In this document: one piece after another, positions 59,246 to 64,000 of the stretch
Layout of the letters: each line of letters opens with the position of its first letter
Position numbering within the stretch: position 1 is the stretch's first letter
Origin: Rubripirellula sp.
GTDB lineage: Bacteria > Planctomycetota > Planctomycetia > Pirellulales > Pirellulaceae
DNA: 64,000 nt
NCBI GenBank assembly: GCA_965222745.1
Contig: CBDCUW010000004.1
Span: 686,041-750,040, forward strand
Direction: 5' to 3'
Translations under genes and position numbers: made by a program
The notes under the pieces: generated by a model
Database searches by the model: none
Seen by the model: only the letters and a program-made list of their open reading frames with translations
What the model was told of the DNA's origin: nothing

Positions 59246-60568
59246 GTGAACGTCCGATCCCTTTGTTGCCTTTGTCTGTTGTTGGTGGTCGCCACAGTGG
59301 GCCATCCGGTTGCGTCTGCCGACGATGCTGCCCCCCAGGAACAGAAACCGAAGCCGTTTGTTTTGAAGGACGAGGTCCGCGATGCGCTCGTACCACTGTT
59401 TTCTAAGATCGCTGGAGCCGATGTCTCTCGGGTCACGGCAGCCATGTCGGCCGAATCGGCGGTCGATGGGGCGATTGTGGATCGTCAAGAATCGACCTAC
59501 CAGATCGCTTCACAGCAACCCAATCGTTTCACGGTCTATTTGAAAGAGCCGGAACAACGAACACGAATCTACAGCGACGGCAAGTCGATGGTCGTTGCCC
59601 TGGCTCCCGATGCTTACTTTCGATTACCCGATGCCATGGGAACCCAGGAAGCCTCCGTGGCACTGCCCGTGCCGATGGGACCTTACCCCGAACCGATCAT
59701 GGCGCTGTCGCTGGCCGGTGTCGATCCAGCCGTCTCCTTTCTGGGCGGCATGAAATCGGTGGAGGTGATCGATCGCAACAAGTTCCGCGACAAGACACCC
59801 GCGATCCATTTGAGAGGTGTTCAACATGACCTGGTCTCCTGGGACCTGTGGATCACCGCCGAGAAACAACCCAGACCGCTCCGCCTGCTGGTCGATATGA
59901 CGGCGATGCTGCGGGCAAGCGACCAAGTGCAGATACCCGATAACTTTTCTTATCAGCTGCGAGTCGACTTTCATTCCTGGCGGATGGCCGGTGAAGTGGA
60001 TCCGAAACTGTTCACCTACACTCCGCCGAAGGATGCCACCGAGTACGAGTCGTTGGATGATTACTACCAATCGATTGCTGGAGTCGTTTCCGAGCATCCT
60101 TTGTTGGGCAAACCGATGCCCACTTTCCAGGCTCCGACGCTGACGGGTGACAAACTGGAATCGAAGCAGCTGGCCGACAAGGTGGTGGTGATTGATTTTT
60201 GGGCGACGTGGTGCGAATCGTGTGTCGTGGCAATTCCCGAAATCAAGAAAATCACGGACAAATTCGCCGACAAAGACGTCCTCTTCTTGGCCGTCAACGT
60301 GGGTGAAGAATCAGCCAAGATCAAAGGTTTTCTTGAATCGCAAAAGTGGGATGTCCGCGTGTTGGTCGATTCCGAAGGAAAACTCGCCGACGCGTTTGGT
60401 GCCGAGGCGCTTCCGCAAACGGTCGTTGTCGGCAAAAGCGGTGTCGTCGAATCGGTACACATCGGCTTTCTGGGCGCCGATCAACTGCAACAGCGGCTCA
60501 CCGACGAACTGCAGGTGCTCTCGGCCGGCGGCCGAATCGCCTCGGCAGACAGCGACCAACGGCAGTAG
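59246..60568 (+). CDS. Secreted TlpA/ResA-like thiol:disulfide oxidoreductase with N-terminal uncharacterised domain
   Basis: The C-terminal thioredoxin fold has VVIDFWATWCESCVVAIPE (WCxxC). A GTG start at 59246 gives a clean signal peptide (VNVRSLCCLCLLLVVATVGHPVASA). The longer 59078 start is rejected because it reads through repeat B3. Confidence 0.6.
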   Translation: MNVRSLCCLCLLLVVATVGHPVASADDAAPQEQKPKPFVLKDEVRDALVPLFSKIAGADVSRVTAAMSAESAVDGAIVDRQESTYQIASQQPNRFTVYLKEPEQRTRIYSDGKSMVVALAPDAYFRLPDAMGTQEASVALPVPMGPYPEPIMALSLAGVDPAVSFLGGMKSVEVIDRNKFRDKTPAIHLRGVQHDLVSWDLWITAEKQPRPLRLLVDMTAMLRASDQVQIPDNFSYQLRVDFHSWRMAGEVDPKLFTYTPPKDATEYESLDDYYQSIAGVVSEHPLLGKPMPTFQAPTLTGDKLESKQLADKVVVIDFWATWCESCVVAIPEIKKITDKFADKDVLFLAVNVGEESAKIKGFLESQKWDVRVLVDSEGKLADAFGAEALPQTVVVGKSGVVESVHIGFLGADQLQQRLTDELQVLSAGGRIASADSDQRQ

Positions 60569-60816
60569 CCCTTCTGCAGGGTGGTATCGAATCGTCTCTG
60601 GCCACCGGAATGCGGGATTGTTTGGCTCCCGACGCGTTTGTTCTTGGTGCTGCTTCTCATCGGACTATTCTGAACAGACACCGACAAGTCGCTCTTCGCG
60701 GCAACCTTGAATCATTGACAGGGGCAACTATGACGCCTTTAATTGAGGTTGCTTGGGTCATTGCGCCCATTTTGCACTTGTTCCTTTTCTCGTTAAGTTT
60801 TCATGAGGCTCATAAC

Positions 60817-62088
60817 ATGAGTAGACTCTCTTCCCGGCGACCGGGTTTCACCTTAGTGGAACTGCTGGTTGTCATCGCAATCATCGGCGTCTTGATAGGC
60901 CTGTTATTGCCTGCCGTTCAAGCCGCCCGTGAAGCTGCCCGCCGCATGAGCTGCAGCAACAACTTCAAGCAAATTGGCCTGGCGATCCACAACTACCACG
61001 CGGCCTACAAGCGGTTGCCCCGCTACGCCGCTGGTACGGACGGTCTGGGTGACAACAAGAGCGGACCTCCGAGCGAAGATGGCTGGGTGCGTTCGGTCAT
61101 GCACAACTCGCAGGCGCTGAGCATTCGTGTCGGCATCACGCCGTTCATCGAACAGCAAGCGGTCTGGGAGCTGATTTCGCAACCGAACGACTTCAACAAC
61201 AACGGCATCATCGACTTTCCGGCGATGGGACCCTATCCAACCATCCAGACTGGACTGGCCAATCCGATTGGTGATTCGGCCGACGGCACCGACTATGTGC
61301 CTTGGGTGACTCAGATTCCTACTTACCGTTGTCCGAGCGATCCCGGCGTCGGCGTTCCCGGTGCCGGCCGCCACAACTTTGCCGAGTGTCTTGGTGATGG
61401 AACACGAAACCTCTTTACCGGTCCGATCAAATGGAGCGCTCCCGGTTTTGAACCCAACAACTGGGCTGGCCGGGTGACCCGTTCGGCTTGTCGCGGCGCA
61501 TTCGTTCCACGCACCGACGCTCGGTTCCGCGATTTGCTGGACGGCTTGTCCAACACGATCCTGATGGGCGAGATTGCGACCGACTTGTCCGACAACGACA
61601 AGCGTACGCGTTTGAACCGGCTGTTGGACAACGTCGAAACCGACATCAAAGCTTGTGAAAACGCGATGCACATCGATCCCACGCGGCCGCAGTTCTGGTG
61701 TGACGGAGCCGACTGCCCCGTGCCGACCGGACCGGGAGCTTTCCCAGGCCCAAGTTCGCTATGGGCCCGTGGAATGCAATGGGCCTGGGCGATGCCGTTC
61801 AATAGCGCCTTCACCACCACCACGCCTCCCAACTCCGAACTTTGCGTGGACCGCTGGGACGAAGGTGGCGGATCGCTTTCGGCCAGCAGCCGTCATCAGG
61901 GTGGCTGTCACATTCTGATGGGTGACGGTGCGGTGATCTTCATTACCGATTCGGTGGAAGCGGGTAACCAGCAAGCCGAACCGATCTGGATCAACAACCG
62001 CGCCGGCGCGAAGAGTCCCTTTGGATTGTGGGGCGCACTTGGCACCAAGGCGAACAAGGAAGTGATCGAAGAGGAACTGAACCAGTAG
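60817..62088 (+). CDS. DUF1559-domain protein with pilin-like N-terminus (paralog of 41178-42410)
   Basis: [53 protein letters not shown]. The first ~150 nt are ~85% identical at the DNA level to the other copy. Confidence 0.85.
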   Translation: MSRLSSRRPGFTLVELLVVIAIIGVLIGLLLPAVQAAREAARRMSCSNNFKQIGLAIHNYHAAYKRLPRYAAGTDGLGDNKSGPPSEDGWVRSVMHNSQALSIRVGITPFIEQQAVWELISQPNDFNNNGIIDFPAMGPYPTIQTGLANPIGDSADGTDYVPWVTQIPTYRCPSDPGVGVPGAGRHNFAECLGDGTRNLFTGPIKWSAPGFEPNNWAGRVTRSACRGAFVPRTDARFRDLLDGLSNTILMGEIATDLSDNDKRTRLNRLLDNVETDIKACENAMHIDPTRPQFWCDGADCPVPTGPGAFPGPSSLWARGMQWAWAMPFNSAFTTTTPPNSELCVDRWDEGGGSLSASSRHQGGCHILMGDGAVIFITDSVEAGNQQAEPIWINNRAGAKSPFGLWGALGTKANKEVIEEELNQ

Positions 62089-62207
62089 CTTCACGCCTGA
62101 CCCAAAAGATCGATGTACCCCGCCCGGTCCTTTCCGAGCGGGGTACTTTTGTGAACGATGAACAGCTTGTCGATCGAATCAGGGTGGCTTAATCTACACC
62201 TTGAAAA

Positions 62208-62256
62208 CGCTTTCCCCAAAAAAAAGAGGTCTGACCCTCTTTTTTTGGGCAAAGCC
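62208..62256. repeat. Family A half-element: perfect 49-bp palindrome GCTTTCCCCAAAAAAAAGAGGTCTGACCCTCTTTTTTTGGGCAAAGC
   Basis: Self-complementary hairpin 120 bp after the DUF1559 stop. It is a likely bidirectional terminator. The related arm at ~62510-62548 lies after the next small gene. Confidence 0.65.
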
Positions 62257-62315
62257 TCCCCGATGGCAACGCTTACTTTTGTATTTCGGTTTCCACAGAA
62301 CTTGGTAACACTCAA

Positions 62316-62507
62316 ATGAATCGGTTCTTCTTTTCAGTGCTCTCGTTGGGATTGGCGCTCGCGTTGGTTGTCGGCTGTGGCGAAAGCACGCGGGTGATCG
62401 AGACCGAGGTTAACAGCGAAGACCAGCAGCTCGCCGACCAAACCGCTCAAGAATACGACTCGGAAGACTACCAGAACTCGTTCAACGCTCAGCAGAACGA
62501 GCAGTAG
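62316..62507 (+). CDS. Small acidic lipoprotein (63 aa)
   Basis: Lipobox LVVGCG follows a signal peptide, with an acidic/Q-rich tail. It has the same size and position relative to a DUF1559 gene as the 42407-42598 ORF. Confidence 0.45.
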   Translation: MNRFFFSVLSLGLALALVVGCGESTRVIETEVNSEDQQLADQTAQEYDSEDYQNSFNAQQNEQ

Positions 62508-62509
62508 TC

Positions 62510-62548
62510 GCCCTCCAAAGGGTCAGACCCCTTTTTGGGACACGCTGG
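62510..62548. repeat. Family A half-element (GCCCTCCAAAGGGTCAGACCCCTTTTTGGGAC)
   Basis: It matches the right arm of the 47728-47828 copy and sits immediately after the lipoprotein gene stop. Confidence 0.55.
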
Positions 62549-62568
62549 GGCCGGTAGAGGGAAATGGA

Positions 62569-63264
62569 ATGTCGCTCGAAAAAAATGGCTCGCCAGCCGC
62601 TTTCCTGCGTCGCGCGCTGCATGATCTGAACAGCCCGGTCAGGCACATTCACCTTTTCACGGACATGCTCCGCGAATCGCTGGCTGAATCGCAGATCAGC
62701 GATACCTCTCAAGAATACCTGGACGTCATTCAACGGGCTTCCGCCCAAATGAAAGGCGTCCTGGAATCATTGGGAAACTTCCTGCGGCTGCCTGAATCGG
62801 CCGATCAGACGGCACCGATCGACGTCGCATCGCTGCTGCAGCATTGTTGGGAAGAAGCATCATCGCAGATCGACGGCAGCCTTTCAGCCAAAATGGAAAC
62901 CGACGGAACAGCCGGCATCGCCAGTGATCCCAAGTTGCTGTCAAAAATGGTGGTCGAAATCTTTCGCAACTCAATGCGGTTTCGCAACCCAAGCCGGTCG
63001 CTGCAAGTTGGCTGTCAGGTGCGGCAGGAGCACGACCGTTGCCGCATCCAAATACGTGACAACGGGATCGGAATCGAACCCGGTTTTCTGGACCGCGTGA
63101 TCGAACCGTTTGAGTCGTTGCCGGCCGAGGGTGTTCAACGCAGCGCCGGTTTGGGGCTGGCACTATGCCGGAAAGTCGCCAACCTGTTGGATGGATCGAT
63201 CTCGCTTTCGTCCGACGGCAGCAGCGGAACGACCGTCGAGGTTGAATTACCACTGGAACGTTGA
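62569..63264 (+). CDS. Soluble sensor histidine kinase (HisKA + HATPase_c)
   Basis: H-box LHDLNSPVRHI, N-box and G-boxes (IRDNGIGIEPGF, GLGLALCRKV). Confidence 0.75.
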   Translation: MSLEKNGSPAAFLRRALHDLNSPVRHIHLFTDMLRESLAESQISDTSQEYLDVIQRASAQMKGVLESLGNFLRLPESADQTAPIDVASLLQHCWEEASSQIDGSLSAKMETDGTAGIASDPKLLSKMVVEIFRNSMRFRNPSRSLQVGCQVRQEHDRCRIQIRDNGIGIEPGFLDRVIEPFESLPAEGVQRSAGLGLALCRKVANLLDGSISLSSDGSSGTTVEVELPLER

Positions 63265-63279
63265 AACAGACAGGCGACG

Positions 63280-63927
63280 TCAATCGCCCTTTTCTGACTT
63301 CTGGGCACCGTGATTGGGATCGATCGCGATCAATAGTTTCAACAAGTCCACTTCGTTGGCGATGTCCAGCTTATTGAACAGGCTGCTGCGATGTTTGGAA
63401 GCAGTCTGGACGGAGATCTGGAACTCGGCGGCAATTTCTTTCAACGTTTTGCCATCGGCAAGCAGGTACATCACGTCCTTTTCGCGCGACGAAAGCAGGC
63501 CCAGCTTCTCCAGGAACAAATCGCGTTGCTGTCTTTGTCCCACTTCCTCTTGGTTTGCCTGCAAGGCGCGTTGGATCACGGCAAGCAGGTCGTTGGGGTT
63601 GAAGCTCTTTTCCAGAAAATCGAACACGCCGTTGTTGAACGCCTTGCGACAAGTACCAGCGTCAGCGTGACCGGTCACGACAATGATCGGCATCGTGACC
63701 CCCTTTTTCCTGAGATTGGAAAAGAGTTGCAGGCCGGTCATCTGGGGCATCAGCAGATCGACAACCACGCAGCCTCGGCTGTCGCTATCGACATCGGTCA
63801 AAAAAGTGGTGGGTGATTGGTAGGTGCGAACCGGCAGACCAACCGATTCACACTGCTTGCGGATCAGCAGCAGTTCGTCGGGATGATCGTCGACGAGATA
63901 GACGATCGAATCGGTTGGCAAAGACAT
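63280..63927 (-). CDS. Response regulator, REC + LuxR/FixJ-type HTH
   Basis: REC domain features (VYLVDDHPDE ... VVDLLMPQMTG ... K in IIVVTGHAD). The C-terminal LSSREKDVMYLLADGKTLKEIAAEFQISVQTASKHRSSLFNKL is a LuxR HTH. Confidence 0.85.
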   Translation of the reverse strand: MSLPTDSIVYLVDDHPDELLLIRKQCESVGLPVRTYQSPTTFLTDVDSDSRGCVVVDLLMPQMTGLQLFSNLRKKGVTMPIIVVTGHADAGTCRKAFNNGVFDFLEKSFNPNDLLAVIQRALQANQEEVGQRQQRDLFLEKLGLLSSREKDVMYLLADGKTLKEIAAEFQISVQTASKHRSSLFNKLDIANEVDLLKLLIAIDPNHGAQKSEKGD

Positions 63928-64000
63928 GGGTCACTGCGTGGGGCAAACAGGTAATCAATGAAAACGCCTCTTGCTCATCCAAGCACGCCACCCCAGCGAT

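Overview
High-GC chromosomal segment that looks like a Planctomycete (Pirellula/Rhodopirellula-like) genome. The call rests on two DUF1559 proteins with prepilin-type N-termini, many sulfatase, FG-GAP and multiheme cytochrome genes, and leaderless lipoproteins.

The centrepiece is a complete type III-B CRISPR-Cas locus at about 9.5-24.9 kb.
- Effector genes cmr1, cas10/cmr2 (no HD domain, GGDD intact), cmr3, cmr4, cmr5 and cmr6 run in that order.
- They are followed by an unknown 2-TM protein and a Csx3-like small protein.
- A 25-repeat CRISPR array follows, with a 35-bp repeat GTCACAGAATGAGGGTCAGCTGACTCGATTGAAAC.
- Downstream lie cas2, an unusual 4-TM + CARF-domain membrane protein, and a Cas6-RT-Cas1 triple fusion.
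- Because Cas10 lacks an HD nuclease, the membrane CARF protein is the only obvious cyclic-oligoadenylate-responsive effector. I rate it the most interesting element in the window.

Flanking regions are mostly housekeeping or cell-envelope genes.
- Upstream: a sugar-modification cluster (DegT aminotransferase, radical-SAM/SPASM, WbqC, GT4 glycosyltransferase), an ECF sigma factor and a flippase-like membrane protein.
- Downstream: an App1-like phosphatase, an 8-heme cytochrome c, an S2P protease, and an NfeD-flotillin-giant AAA+ protein cassette.
- A decayed patch holds a truncated Ser/Thr kinase, an esterase and a sulfatase fragment.
- Further downstream: DUF1559 + small lipoprotein pairs, a CRTAC1-like FG-GAP protein, sthA, rng with TIGR03936, ptsI-ptsH-ptsN-hpf, an agmatine deiminase family protein, OmpA-like and TlpA-like proteins, and a two-component pair.

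Two families of short structured intergenic repeats are also present. One is a palindromic element of about 100 bp built on GGCTTTGCCCAAAAAAGGGGTC. The other is a hairpin element of about 155 bp with CGTAGGCCG...CGGCCTACG termini found right after stop codons.

Feature coordinates derived from the ORF track should be exact. Non-ORF features (repeats, array borders) were read by eye and may be off by 1-2 nt.
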